A stretch of DNA of 50,210 bases from a virus: IMG/VR virus record IMGVR_UViG_3300028666_000006. One strand, written 5' to 3'. The notes under the pieces are model-generated. The model was not told the origin of the DNA. It ran no database searches and saw only the letters and a list, made by a program, of their open reading frames with translations. Positions 1 to 9,759 of the stretch are shown one piece after another. Position 1 is the first letter of the stretch, and each line of letters begins with the position of its first letter. The position numbers were made by a program, and so were the translations under genes.

Positions 1-127
1 GCTGACTGGAATCTCCAGCCGATCACGCCGGACTGGCCGCTGTGGCCGGATATCCCCGGTGGCATGGGATCGAACTGGTGAGAGGTACTCTCGGCAAGCG
101 ACTCGACTTCCTCATCGAGCAGACCGG
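1..127. repeat. terminal direct repeat, left copy (identical to 50084..50210)
   Basis: Bases 1..127 match 50084..50210 base for base. The repeat starts inside the 49595..50164 ORF and runs into the next gene. This fits a circular contig overlap. Confidence 0.95.
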
Positions 128-542
128 CAAGGGCAGGATGGTCGGCGCTGTAGAGGTCGACCAGGTCTACGCGCACTACCAGCACGAAGGAGACGACTTT
201 GAGCACCCTGACGGCGGCCAGGCTCACTACCTCCGCGACCCTCTGTTCAGCAACTCCGAGAAGTACGTCCGCAATCTCGCCAACGGACTCGTGGATCACG
301 AAGGCTCGCGGTTGCATGACGCGATGGTCGAGAACATGGAGCACCTCAGCGATCAGGTCGAGATCCTAGCTCCGCGGGAGTTTGACGACCTGGCGAAGTC
401 CGGCCACCCGACGGTCACCGAAGAGGGCAAGAAGACCTACGACCGGCCACCGCGCGTTGCCCGTCTGACCGAGGACGAACTCAAGCTGAAGAGCCGGATC
501 TCGCGGATCGTCGAGCGCGGCCGATACGCCCGCAGGCGCTAG
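78..542 (+). CDS. head-tail joining / neck protein (minor capsid, HK97 gp10-like, tentative)
   Basis: In-frame part of ORF 42..542. GTG at 78 overlaps the TGA (79..81) of the wrapped-around upstream gene (GTGA coupling). It lies between the adaptor and the tail genes. Alternative starts are GTG42 and ATG138. Confidence 0.7.
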   Translation: MRGTLGKRLDFLIEQTGKGRMVGAVEVDQVYAHYQHEGDDFEHPDGGQAHYLRDPLFSNSEKYVRNLANGLVDHEGSRLHDAMVENMEHLSDQVEILAPREFDDLAKSGHPTVTEEGKKTYDRPPRVARLTEDELKLKSRISRIVERGRYARRR

Positions 543-551
543 GCTGTAGAC

Positions 552-986
552 GTGCTCCGCTTCAGCGATGTCAAGTCTTACGTGAGCGACGCTCTCGTGG
601 CACTCGGGACGTACGGTGACACGAGCGATACCCAGTTCCCAGTGATCGACCCTGGTCCGCCCACCGACCAACTGATGAAGCTGTCGCCCAACCGGCTGAT
701 CTTCCTGACGATCGGTGCCGGCGCTGGCTTCACGACCGAGCAGCTCTACGACCGGCCGTTCATCAGCGCGCGAGTGCTCGGGCTGACCCGAAACTACCAA
801 GACGCAGAGAATCTGGCTCTCGATCTTGACAAGATTCTCACAGACGTCGTGAAGAACACCGTCATCGGCACGGCAAAGGTGCTCTACATCACCCGGACGG
901 GTGGGCGCCCGACGCTATACTCGTATGACGCCAGCGAGCGCTACAACTTCACCTGCTCGTACATCACCGAAGCGAAGACGGAGTGA
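552..986 (+). CDS. neck / tail-terminator-like structural protein (tentative)
   Basis: 144-aa ORF with a GTG start 10 nt after the upstream stop. Its position is just upstream of the major tail protein gene. Confidence 0.65.
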   Translation: MLRFSDVKSYVSDALVALGTYGDTSDTQFPVIDPGPPTDQLMKLSPNRLIFLTIGAGAGFTTEQLYDRPFISARVLGLTRNYQDAENLALDLDKILTDVVKNTVIGTAKVLYITRTGGRPTLYSYDASERYNFTCSYITEAKTE

Positions 987-992
987 TTGACC

Positions 993-1262
993 ATGGCCGC
1001 TGTATCTGATTCCCGGCTCAGTCTCGAAGAGGCACTGGCCGACGCCGACGCCGAGCCCAAGGCAGCCACTCCCGAGCCGCCAGCCGAGACCGTCCAGGTC
1101 TCGATCGCTGGCCCTGTGCACGCCACAGCGCTGAGCGTCAAGGCGCCCGATGGTAGTACGATCAGGGTGACCAGGACGGCTCAGCACTTCGCGCACGAAG
1201 CGCTCGACGCCATCCACGACGCGGCCCGCCGTTGCGGGGTACTACTGAGGATTGGCAACTGA
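993..1262 (+). CDS. hypothetical protein
   Basis: ORF 987..1262. ATG993 lies 10 nt after a GACGGAG SD-like run. TTG987 is an alternative start. Confidence 0.6.
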   Translation: MAAVSDSRLSLEEALADADAEPKAATPEPPAETVQVSIAGPVHATALSVKAPDGSTIRVTRTAQHFAHEALDAIHDAARRCGVLLRIGN

Positions 1263-1263
1263 C

Positions 1264-2103
1264 ATGATCGGTGAGCTCTACGACGCGAACAACGTCGTCG
1301 TCGGCCAAGCGGCCGTCTTCTGGGCCGCAGAGAACACCCCGATGCCGGACCCGACCACAGCGAACCTCGACGACCCCTTCGACCTCAGCGTCTTCTTCAC
1401 CTACACGCTGGCAGTCGCGTCTGGTGTCACTGCGTTCACGCTGACCGACTCGCACGGCAACGAGACGACTTCGCTCGACCACACGTCCACGGCTTCGGAC
1501 ATCGCAGACGCGCTGAACGCGCTGACCCCCGCCGGCACGCAGTACACGGTGACTGGCGGCTCCAGTCCGTTCACCATCGCGCTGAGCGAGTACGACACTC
1601 TGCACGCCTCGGCGTTCACGGGTGGCGTCGGCTCGCTGACTGGCGGACTGTGGACCCCGACCGGCGCGACCGACCAGGGCTGGCAGTACGCCACCAGCAA
1701 GAACACCAACGTCATCCAGATCGAGGAGCAGTCGACTCCGGTCGGCGAGACGATCTCCTCGCAGGGTGTCGAGCTCCAGGGTGCGCTGTCCGAGGACATC
1801 ACCCGAACTCTGGCCCTGGCGTACAACGCCACGGTCGAGTCGACTGCGGCTGGTGCCGACAGTCCGGGCTTCGACACGATCTCGCTGACCGACGAGATCC
1901 TCTACTACGCCGTGCTGCTGGTCACCTCGAACGCTGACGACTTCCCGCGGTGGATCTACGCGCCGAAGTGGTCGCAGCTCTCCGAGACCTCGACGTCGTT
2001 CCGGCGCGCGGCCGACAAGCGAATGTACCCGGTCGCCTTCCAGACTCTGTGCAAGCCGAGTCAGATCCAGGTCATCGAGTTCACCGAAGCAGCCACTGGC
2101 TGA
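1264..2103 (+). CDS. major tail protein (tentative)
   Basis: ORF 1252..2103, with ATG1264 preceded by TGAGGA. The 279-aa beta-rich protein sits directly upstream of the chaperone/tape-measure genes. A strong hairpin follows it. Confidence 0.7.
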   Translation: MIGELYDANNVVVGQAAVFWAAENTPMPDPTTANLDDPFDLSVFFTYTLAVASGVTAFTLTDSHGNETTSLDHTSTASDIADALNALTPAGTQYTVTGGSSPFTIALSEYDTLHASAFTGGVGSLTGGLWTPTGATDQGWQYATSKNTNVIQIEEQSTPVGETISSQGVELQGALSEDITRTLALAYNATVESTAAGADSPGFDTISLTDEILYYAVLLVTSNADDFPRWIYAPKWSQLSETSTSFRRAADKRMYPVAFQTLCKPSQIQVIEFTEAATG

Positions 2104-2107
2104 GTCC

Positions 2108-2146
2108 CTACGACGAGGGTCGGCTACAAGCAGACCCTCGTCGTAG
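2108..2146 (+). terminator. stem-loop terminator after the major tail gene
   Basis: Perfect 14-bp stem ctacgacgagggtc / gaccctcgtcgtag with an 11-nt loop, followed by tcttcatcttct. Confidence 0.7.
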
Positions 2147-2179
2147 TCTTCATCTTCTATCCGCCCCAGAGGAGAGTTC

Positions 2180-2638
2180 ATGTCCAACCGAGCAACCAAC
2201 CGCCCACCCACCAAGGCAGCCGTACCGGCTGTCCCTGCCAAGGCGCCGGTCTCCACGTCCTTCGTCCTCGAAGATGAACTGGACGCTCTCAACTACGACT
2301 TCCGTCCGTACGTCGACTCACACGGCGTGATCCCCGAACCGTCGAGCACGCAGATCAAGGAACTCCAAGCGGCAATGCGATCGGCGCTTCGACCGGCACT
2401 GGAGAACCTGGCCGTCGACGCTGACACGGCTGACGTCAAGCAGCTTCTCACGGCGTTAGCCGAGCCCACCAAGGACGACATTCGCAAGGCCGAGAAGGCT
2501 GAGAAGGCCATCGTCCAGGCGATCGCCGACTGCTGCTCTGGCACCCCAAGCGTGGAAGACCTGACGGATCTGCCGTGGCGCGCACAGCAGATGTTCATTG
2601 GCTGGCTTAGCGGGGTCCTGCTCAACCCGGAAGCCTAG
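2180..2638 (+). CDS. tail assembly chaperone (G-like)
   Basis: 152-aa ORF with a GAGGAG SD, immediately upstream of the tape measure gene. An open -1 frame follows it. Confidence 0.8.
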   Translation: MSNRATNRPPTKAAVPAVPAKAPVSTSFVLEDELDALNYDFRPYVDSHGVIPEPSSTQIKELQAAMRSALRPALENLAVDADTADVKQLLTALAEPTKDDIRKAEKAEKAIVQAIADCCSGTPSVEDLTDLPWRAQQMFIGWLSGVLLNPEA

Positions 2639-2919
2639 ACGCCCGCTACGAGCAAGTCAGTGGCGGGCGCGGCGCCCGACTCGAATACTACCTGGCTCGT
2701 CGATACCTCTCTCTGAGCGTCGATGAGTGGAACGCGCTCCCATGGTGGCATCGTAAGATGTACTTGGACGGCTTCAGGGAGCAGGGCATCCTGTCTGGCG
2801 GCACCGCTCCGGTGAAGCAGGCAGGCTCAGATCTTGCGCACGCGAAGCGCGGCCAGTTTGCTCGTGCCGGCTTCAAGGAGCGCACGGTCAAGCTGAAGCC
2901 GCGCCCAACGAAGGACTAG
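2180..2919 (+). CDS. tail assembly chaperone, -1 frameshift product (G/T-like)
   Basis: The -1 frame is open from 2611 to the TAG at 2917..2919. It encodes ...YYLARRYLSLSVDEWNALPWWHRKMYLDGF.... It has no start codon or SD of its own. The slip must occur within 2611..2635, and the site is not pinned down. Confidence 0.6.
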
Positions 2920-2929
2920 GCGGTGTGGC

Positions 2930-5125
2930 GTGGCGGACTTTGACGCTGGCTCCATCATCGCCTCGATGGAGCTCGATCGAGACCCGTACACGCAGGGTCT
3001 CGCGATGGCGAAGAAGCAGGGCGCCGAGTTCGAGAAGTCCAAGATCACCAAGCGCGTCGACGCTGACATTCGGCCGGCTCAGGACGGGCTGGAGAAGATC
3101 GCAGCCGAGAGTGACGCGCTCTCTAGCGAGTCACCGACGATCACCCCGAAGGTCAACTCGAAGCCAGCCGAGGAGTCACTGGCCCGGATCTCGGCCGAAG
3201 AGCGAGCTGTCGGCAAGAACGCCTCTGATGCTCACGAGGGTGTCGGTCTGCTGGTGTCAAGCATCGCCACCCTCGCACCGACCGTTTCGCCCCTCATGGC
3301 ACTGCTGACGGCTGGCATCGGTGGCTTCACGAGCGGCATCGCTCAGGCCGCGGCGGCGATCGGCCCCTTTGCCTTGGTGGCGAAGAGCGACTTCACCGAC
3401 ATGCAAGCCAGCCTCAAGGCTGTGGCCGCTGCACAGCAGGCGGCGTTCAACGCCAAGACGCCAGCCGAGTACCAGGCAGCGATCGTGGCTCTCCAGAAGG
3501 CTCAGGCCGGTCTGGCTGGACCTGCTGGCGTTGCTGCCTCGGCGTACCAGCACCTCCTGGCCGTCGTGAAGCAGGTCAAGGCTGACACGGCCGGCCCGGT
3601 CTTCGCCGTGATGACTGCTGCGTTCAATACGGCCGCCCGAGTGCTCCCGATCATCGAACCGCTGATCGACAAGACCGCTCAAGCAGTGCTGTCGTCCGTC
3701 AACTCACTGAACAAGGGTCTCGGCGGGCCGGCGATGGCGAAGTTCCTGGCGCTGGTCGAGAAGAACGTCGTCCCCGACATGCGCGAACTGACCAATCTGC
3801 TCGGCAACTTCGCCAGGGGCACTCTCGCGCTGATCGAGGACTTCGATCCGGCCGCTCAGGGGATGCTGAAGAACGTCGATGGTCTCTCCAAGTCCTTCGC
3901 CCACTGGAGTGCCACAGCCGCCAACGGCGAGATCAAGTCGCTGCTGGCGTACGTGAAGACCAGTGGACCTGAAGTCGGCCACACCCTGCTGGCTATCGCT
4001 GGCGCGGTCTTCCATCTGCTCCAGGCGCTCGCCCCGCTCGGCGGCCCGACACTGCTCGGGCTTCGTCTGCTGAGTGACTTGATCGCGAACCTGCCGGTGC
4101 CTGTCGTCGACGCTCTGGTCATCGCGCTCGGCCCGCTGGCGCTGGCGATCAAGACCGTCACTGCGCTCCAGAAGGGCTGGACTGCCGCAGTCGGTGCTTG
4201 GAACTCGGCGACGAAGGTCGCCACGAAGGTGATGGGACTGTTCAATATCTCGATCGACGCACAGCGCATCAAGATCGCTGCACTTCGAGCTGAAATGCTC
4301 GTGCTTCGAGCGACTATCTGGACGATCCAGGCGGCACAGGACGCATGGGCCGCAGCGGCGGCCGTCGACTGGATCGCGATTCTCGGCCCGATTGCTCTCG
4401 TCGTGGCCGCAATCGCGCTGCTCGGTCTCGCGGTCTACGAGATCATCAAGCACTGGCGCGGACTGATGACCTTCTATGACTGGGTCTGGCGAGGTCTGAA
4501 GGATGGCTTCCACGCCGTCGAGCGCGTTGCGATCGACGTCTTCGACTTCATCAAGAAGCACTGGATGCTGATTGGCGCCGTCCTGCTCGGGCCGGTGGCG
4601 CTAGCCGTCTACGAGATCGTCAAGCACTTCAAGACGATCGAAGGCTGGGTCAAGGACTTGCCAGGTCTGGTTGTGACGGCGTTCAAGGATCTCGCTAGCA
4701 TCATCTTTGCCCCATGGAAGATGGCGTTCAACCTGATCGCGAGCGCTTGGGACGACACAGTCGGCAAGCTCTCCTTCCACCTCCCCGGCTGGATTCCAGG
4801 TCTGGGTGGCAAGGGCTTCTCGATGCCGCAGATCCCGCACCTCGCAGCCGGCGGCGTCGTGAACCGTGCAACCACGGCAGTCGTTGGTGAGGATGGCCCC
4901 GAGGCGATCCTGCCGCTCGACAAGGACACGGTGCTCTCGAAGAGCGCCAATGCCCAGACGAGGATGCTCGCACAGGTACGCGACGCACTGCACCAGATCC
5001 ACGCCACTCTACTCGTGGCGCCCAAGGCGACCGCTGAGGGTGTTGGCGAGAAGATCGGTCGGAAGTTCGAGAAGGCACAGACTCAAGCGGGTCTTGCTGT
5101 CGTGATAGCTGGACGGGCAGGATAG
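2930..5125 (+). CDS. tape measure protein
   Basis: 731 aa, Ala-rich and helical with hydrophobic segments. C-terminal motif AAGGVVNRATTAVVGEDGPEAILPLD. Canonical position after the chaperone pair. Confidence 0.9.
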   Translation: MADFDAGSIIASMELDRDPYTQGLAMAKKQGAEFEKSKITKRVDADIRPAQDGLEKIAAESDALSSESPTITPKVNSKPAEESLARISAEERAVGKNASDAHEGVGLLVSSIATLAPTVSPLMALLTAGIGGFTSGIAQAAAAIGPFALVAKSDFTDMQASLKAVAAAQQAAFNAKTPAEYQAAIVALQKAQAGLAGPAGVAASAYQHLLAVVKQVKADTAGPVFAVMTAAFNTAARVLPIIEPLIDKTAQAVLSSVNSLNKGLGGPAMAKFLALVEKNVVPDMRELTNLLGNFARGTLALIEDFDPAAQGMLKNVDGLSKSFAHWSATAANGEIKSLLAYVKTSGPEVGHTLLAIAGAVFHLLQALAPLGGPTLLGLRLLSDLIANLPVPVVDALVIALGPLALAIKTVTALQKGWTAAVGAWNSATKVATKVMGLFNISIDAQRIKIAALRAEMLVLRATIWTIQAAQDAWAAAAAVDWIAILGPIALVVAAIALLGLAVYEIIKHWRGLMTFYDWVWRGLKDGFHAVERVAIDVFDFIKKHWMLIGAVLLGPVALAVYEIVKHFKTIEGWVKDLPGLVVTAFKDLASIIFAPWKMAFNLIASAWDDTVGKLSFHLPGWIPGLGGKGFSMPQIPHLAAGGVVNRATTAVVGEDGPEAILPLDKDTVLSKSANAQTRMLAQVRDALHQIHATLLVAPKATAEGVGEKIGRKFEKAQTQAGLAVVIAGRAG

Positions 5126-5129
5126 ACCA

Positions 5130-5543
5130 ATGCCGAGTGTCACTTTGGACCGTGTGTTCATCAGCGCTGTGTCGGCGCTCGATGCGCCCGTGATCGCTGG
5201 CTCATCTGGCGGCACGGGTGGCGGCGGCGCGCGCACCGACGAGATCCAGCTCGAAGGATCATTCCGTTCGTACGCCAACTTTGTCACCCGGCTCATCACT
5301 GGCACAGCACAGACGCAGATCGAATCACTTGCGGTGCGGGCGCTCACCTGGACGCAGGTCCAAGCGCTGAAGTCGATGATTGGCCAGACCTGTCTGTTCC
5401 GAGACTCGTACGGCCGGCGTGTGTACGGCTCATTCCTCGATCTCGTCATCACCGACATTCCGCTCTCGGGTGTGGCATACGACACCCTGAAGACCGACGC
5501 CGCCCTTGTGTTTCAGGCGGTCACCTACGACGAGGCGGTCTGA
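5130..5543 (+). CDS. minor tail protein (distal-tail-like, tentative)
   Basis: 137-aa ORF directly after the tape measure gene, with an AGGA SD. Confidence 0.6.
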   Translation: MPSVTLDRVFISAVSALDAPVIAGSSGGTGGGGARTDEIQLEGSFRSYANFVTRLITGTAQTQIESLAVRALTWTQVQALKSMIGQTCLFRDSYGRRVYGSFLDLVITDIPLSGVAYDTLKTDAALVFQAVTYDEAV

Positions 5544-6742
5544 TGCAACCGTTGCTAGACGGTCCTCGTGCTGCGCTCGATGACGCCATCGTCACAGCGC
5601 TACTGACGAGCACCCCGACGCTGGCGATCGCCTACGGTTGCACCCGGCTGACGTCCGCGCTGGCGCTGATCGACGACATCACCGAGTACATGACTGAGGG
5701 CTCGACGATTGGCCGGGACTCGACAGCCACTGTGCAGGGATCGTGCACGCTGCTCTTCGACACCAACTGCCCACTCAACTACCTGGCCGAGCTCGCTGCG
5801 CCGTACATGACGCTCACCAACCCGGACACGGGTGACGTCGCCCAGTTCAACCTCGGTGTCTACTCGTTGCAGTCGCCGACGTACGACAACTCGGCCGCGC
5901 CCACCGTGCAAACCTTCCAGGGCTACGACCTCAACTACCTGCTCAATCAGGAGCTCGGCGACTCATACATGCTCGCGGCTGGCTCTGACCCACTCCAGGC
6001 GATGGTCGATCTCATCGTCGCCGTGCTTCCTGGCGTCGCAGTCACCTTCACCCCGACATCGAAGACGCCGCCGAAGGACATGGTCTGGCCGTCCGGGCAG
6101 CAGGACCCGTACAACTCGACGAACGGCACCAACACCTACCTGACAATCGTCAACGACGTGCTCAACTCGATCGGCTACGCCCCGCTCTGGGTTGACTGGG
6201 ACGGCACGTTCCAGATGACGCCATACGTCTCGCCCGTCGACCTCGATCCTGAATGGACGTTCGATCTCACTGACGAGCACAACATCGTCGCCGAGGCTCG
6301 GACGAGCTACCAGGACACCTACGACGTCCCCAACTACTGGCAGTTCATCATGTCCGGTCTGACGACCGAGCCGGTTGAAGGCGAGACGCAGTTCACCTAC
6401 ATCGACACGAGCCCGCGCAACATCACTTCGACGGTCAATCGGCCCTTCGTGATCCGCTCGATCTACTTCGTCGACGCCGTCGACTACGACAGCCTCGTGG
6501 CTCTGGCAGTCCAGCAGATCACCCTTGACCTGGCGCCAGCCGAGACCTTCACGATCTCGACGAGCCCGTTCCCGCTGGCCTGGCAGTACGACCAGATTCA
6601 GCTCAACGACCCCAACCTGATCCTCGTGCCAGTCGCGTTCGATCCCGCGCGTCGAGTGCAGGCCCTACAGTGGAGTCTTCCGCTAGATGGGCAGTCCGAC
6701 ATGGACTGGACCCTGATGACCGTACCCGACGTGGGAGACTGA
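5543..6742 (+). CDS. minor tail protein
   Basis: 399-aa ORF, ATGA-coupled to the upstream gene and lying in the tail tip region. Confidence 0.65.
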   Translation: MQPLLDGPRAALDDAIVTALLTSTPTLAIAYGCTRLTSALALIDDITEYMTEGSTIGRDSTATVQGSCTLLFDTNCPLNYLAELAAPYMTLTNPDTGDVAQFNLGVYSLQSPTYDNSAAPTVQTFQGYDLNYLLNQELGDSYMLAAGSDPLQAMVDLIVAVLPGVAVTFTPTSKTPPKDMVWPSGQQDPYNSTNGTNTYLTIVNDVLNSIGYAPLWVDWDGTFQMTPYVSPVDLDPEWTFDLTDEHNIVAEARTSYQDTYDVPNYWQFIMSGLTTEPVEGETQFTYIDTSPRNITSTVNRPFVIRSIYFVDAVDYDSLVALAVQQITLDLAPAETFTISTSPFPLAWQYDQIQLNDPNLILVPVAFDPARRVQALQWSLPLDGQSDMDWTLMTVPDVGD

Positions 6743-6746
6743 GCCC

Positions 6747-9416
6747 GTGGCGAAGGTTACGAAGGACTTCAGTTTCTCGGGCGCCGTTCAGAACTGGTCG
6801 GTGCCGTCAGGCATCACCTCGATCCTCTGGCGGCTCTGGGGAGCGCCAGGCGGTCTGGCCGGCCACCCCGTAGCCAAGAACAAGACCTCGGTCTCTGGGC
6901 AGAGTGGCGCCGGCAACTTCCCACCCGACTCTCGGGCCGCATCCGTCAAGCAGCTCGGTGACTGCGCCCGCGGCGATGAGACAGGCAGCGTCGGCCTACC
7001 GAATGGCGTCAACCCTCGATCCCTCCCTGGCTACGTCGAGGGTGTCTTTGACACCACTCCAGGCGCCGTGTGGCACGTCTACGTCGGTGGCGGGGGCGGC
7101 CACGGCGGCTGGGGTCTCAGCAAGGCCCACGGCGGCCCTGGAGGCTACAACGGCGGTGGCGATGGCGGTGGGCTTGCCAGCGGCACAGACGTGGCTCAGG
7201 GAGGCGGTGGGGGCGGTGGCGCGACCGATGTGCGCCAGGGCGGCACGGCGCTCGCCAACCGCAAGGCCGTGGCTGGCGGTGGAGGCGGCTCGGCGTACGG
7301 CGTGACCATCGGGCCAAACCCCAACTCGGTCAGCGCGCAGCCGAAGAGTCCGTTTCCGTACGGAATGTACGAAGACGGCGCCACAGGCGTCAGCAACGAC
7401 TTCATCCCGACGCCAGGAGGCGTCGGCGGTGGCTATGGCGGCCCTGGCGGTAGTCGGGTGGGCGGATCTGCCCAGAACGGCGGCCGAGGGGCCACACACG
7501 ACTCTGGAGACGGCACTCTCGTCGCTGGGTCAGCCGGTCAAGGCGGTGGCTCAGCAGCCGGCGGCCCTGGAGGTACGGCTGGCTCGGGTGGATTCGCCGG
7601 CTCGCCCGGATCGCTGGGCGACGGAGGCGACGGTGCGGACATCGACGCGACTGCCATCAATCCTGGCGGCGGTGGAGGCGGTGGTGGTCTGTACGGCGGC
7701 GGCGGTGGAGCTGGAGGCTACACCGGATCGTTCGGTGGCTCGGGCTACTCGGGCTCGGCGGGCGGTGGCGGTGGCTCGAACTACATCGACCCGGACGCCA
7801 CTAGCAAGGTCTCGCTCGCGGGGATCTACCCGGTCAACCAGCCACTCGTCTCGCCCCACAAGAAGGTCGGCGTACCCAACGGGCACGCACAGGTGCAGTA
7901 CCAGCAGCCACCCGACCCTCCGATCTTCACCAACCCGGTCGACGGGCTCACGATCGACAGCAACCAGTCACTGGAGATCGACTGGGAGTTCAGTAGCCAG
8001 GTCGCCAGCGCTCGGCAGGCGGCCGTCGACCTCGACTACAGCGACGATGGTGGCTCGACGTGGACGTCGATCATTGCCGGCGGTGGCGGCCACACGACGA
8101 ACCACACGGTCAGCACTGGCACGTTCACGAGCGGCAACACCTACAAGCTGCGCATCCGGGCGTACGACCAGGACGGCGACGTCAGCGCATACTCGACCAT
8201 CACCTTCAAGGCCGAGGCACTCGCAGCCGCACCGACGATCAACCTTCCGGTCGCTGACTCCGACGTCAGCACCGAGCCGTTCGATACGGACTGGACTCCC
8301 GACCCGAGCTCGCCCGACATCTTGAGCCGGCTCACCCTGTTCGATTCTGACGGCAACATCGAGCAGCAGGTCGACTACGACGACGGTCGCACGAACCTCT
8401 GTGCCAACCCGACATTCGACACTGACACGAGCCTCTGGACCGCTGAGGTTGCAACACTCGGGCGCAGTGCTTCGATCACGCCGCAGGAAGGCTCGCAGTC
8501 GATGACCGTGGCGTGGGGAGGCGGTGACACCATCCTCCAGGCCGCGTCATACGTCTTCGACACGCAGCCGGGTGAGTGGTACTCCATGGTGGTCGGAGTC
8601 GCCGAACACGTCACCAATGACCTCGAAGTGCAGATCGGTCTCGGCAATGCTGGAGACAGCCAGCCGTTCGTCTACGGTGACACCACTGACCTCGGCGGTG
8701 CGATCGACACCTGGCAGCGGATCGAACTGATCGCTCAAGCCCAGAGCGACTCCAGTCAGCTCATGGTGATCCCGAGCGATACCCCGGCTGGCACCGAGGT
8801 GCACTTCATCAACGCCGTGCTGATCTCGATTGGCGCAGCCGCTGACCCGGCGACGCTCGCCAACATCGCGCACTACTTCGACTTTGCCAACACTCCAGAT
8901 GGTCCTGGCGACTACCCGTACACGGGCTCTGTTTCGCAACCGTGGACGGACAGCAACGGTGGTTCGGTCGCCGTCTTCCTGCCTGATACGCCGACGACCA
9001 ACTACGACGGTCTCGGTGTTACTGATGCCGGCCCGAAGAGCCTGACGATCTCGGCGAGTTCGGTCGCGAGCAAGGGACTCCAGAGTCCGACAGCCAGCGT
9101 CGACTTCACCCTGAACCTCAACCCACCGGGAACGCCGACGATCGAGAGCGTCACCGAGGACGACGACAACGGTCTGATCTCCTTCAAGGTGCTGCTCTCC
9201 GATGACCCTAACCCCACCACGAGCGTCGATGTCTTCCGCACCGATGTGACCAATGGGACTCCTGAGATTCGGATTGCCGAGGGCATTTCGCTGACTGAAG
9301 ATGGGGATGGATACATCGAGTTCACCGATTACACCCCCGCCAGCAACGTCCTCTACGAGTACAAGTTCAGGGCGTATTCCTCCCTCGGAGGCTTTGCCGA
9401 CGCAACCAGCGAGTAA
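6747..9416 (+). CDS. glycine-rich minor tail protein / putative receptor-binding protein
   Basis: 889 aa. Long poly-Gly tracts (GGGGGGGATDVRQGG, GGGGGGGLYGGGGGAGG) are followed by beta-rich modules. One segment (LCANPTFDTDTSLWTAE...) looks like a carbohydrate-binding module. Confidence 0.8.
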   Translation: MAKVTKDFSFSGAVQNWSVPSGITSILWRLWGAPGGLAGHPVAKNKTSVSGQSGAGNFPPDSRAASVKQLGDCARGDETGSVGLPNGVNPRSLPGYVEGVFDTTPGAVWHVYVGGGGGHGGWGLSKAHGGPGGYNGGGDGGGLASGTDVAQGGGGGGGATDVRQGGTALANRKAVAGGGGGSAYGVTIGPNPNSVSAQPKSPFPYGMYEDGATGVSNDFIPTPGGVGGGYGGPGGSRVGGSAQNGGRGATHDSGDGTLVAGSAGQGGGSAAGGPGGTAGSGGFAGSPGSLGDGGDGADIDATAINPGGGGGGGGLYGGGGGAGGYTGSFGGSGYSGSAGGGGGSNYIDPDATSKVSLAGIYPVNQPLVSPHKKVGVPNGHAQVQYQQPPDPPIFTNPVDGLTIDSNQSLEIDWEFSSQVASARQAAVDLDYSDDGGSTWTSIIAGGGGHTTNHTVSTGTFTSGNTYKLRIRAYDQDGDVSAYSTITFKAEALAAAPTINLPVADSDVSTEPFDTDWTPDPSSPDILSRLTLFDSDGNIEQQVDYDDGRTNLCANPTFDTDTSLWTAEVATLGRSASITPQEGSQSMTVAWGGGDTILQAASYVFDTQPGEWYSMVVGVAEHVTNDLEVQIGLGNAGDSQPFVYGDTTDLGGAIDTWQRIELIAQAQSDSSQLMVIPSDTPAGTEVHFINAVLISIGAAADPATLANIAHYFDFANTPDGPGDYPYTGSVSQPWTDSNGGSVAVFLPDTPTTNYDGLGVTDAGPKSLTISASSVASKGLQSPTASVDFTLNLNPPGTPTIESVTEDDDNGLISFKVLLSDDPNPTTSVDVFRTDVTNGTPEIRIAEGISLTEDGDGYIEFTDYTPASNVLYEYKFRAYSSLGGFADATSE

Positions 9417-9426
9417 TCGCCATAGA

Positions 9427-9750
9427 ATGGTCGGCATGACCCCTCAAGACGCCACCTCGCTGATTCTGGCTTCTGGCGCCGTCCTGACATTGGTGGCCGC
9501 GTGTATCCGCTGGTTCTATCATCGAGGTGGCGCAGACCGCGCTCTAATCGTTGCGGTGGAAGCGAATACGACCGCCACCAAGGAACTGTCAGCCGCCCTG
9601 GAAGTCCTCCGCACCGACGTCGGTGAGCGCCTCAGCGGTCTCGTCGAGGGCCAGTACGAGCTCGCTCAGGACCACGCCGTGCTGGAGACTCGCGTAGACT
9701 ACCTGGAGCGGCACCATCCCCGACCGCATATCGCCGCGCCTGCTACCTAG
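9427..9750 (+). CDS. membrane protein (lysis-associated, tentative)
   Basis: ATG9427 within ORF 9301..9750. One N-terminal TM helix (LILASGAVLTLVAACIRWFY) and a coiled-coil tail. Confidence 0.6.
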   Translation: MVGMTPQDATSLILASGAVLTLVAACIRWFYHRGGADRALIVAVEANTTATKELSAALEVLRTDVGERLSGLVEGQYELAQDHAVLETRVDYLERHHPRPHIAAPAT

Positions 9751-9759
9751 GAGCCGTTC

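Noticed and set aside
42-542. The full-length ORF-track start at GTG42.
   Set aside because: It would overlap the upstream adaptor gene by 40 nt on the circular map. GTG78 gives standard GTGA coupling. The start remains uncertain.
540-554. TAGGCT-N6-GTG552 as a fourth leaderless promoter.
   Set aside because: The TA comes from the upstream stop codon. The site also lies inside a tightly packed neck-gene run where no promoter is needed. Chance is the more likely explanation.
828-833. Other TTGACA hexamers, near 828, 15749, 18428, 33527, 39002 and 39261.
   Set aside because: None has a TANNNT hexamer 16 to 18 nt downstream. All but the last lie inside coding sequence. The one near 39261 is too close to the next start and has no convincing -10.
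1162-2292. Long minus-strand ORFs, e.g. 1162..2292, 3704..4561, 8547..9437, 12914..13972, 18531..19316, 21075..21851, 39709..40632 and 43528..44700.
   Set aside because: All lie antisense to well-supported + strand genes. Their products are Arg/Gly/Val/Asp-rich with no recognisable motifs. They lack SD sequences. Long antisense ORFs are expected where stop codons are rare in high-GC DNA.
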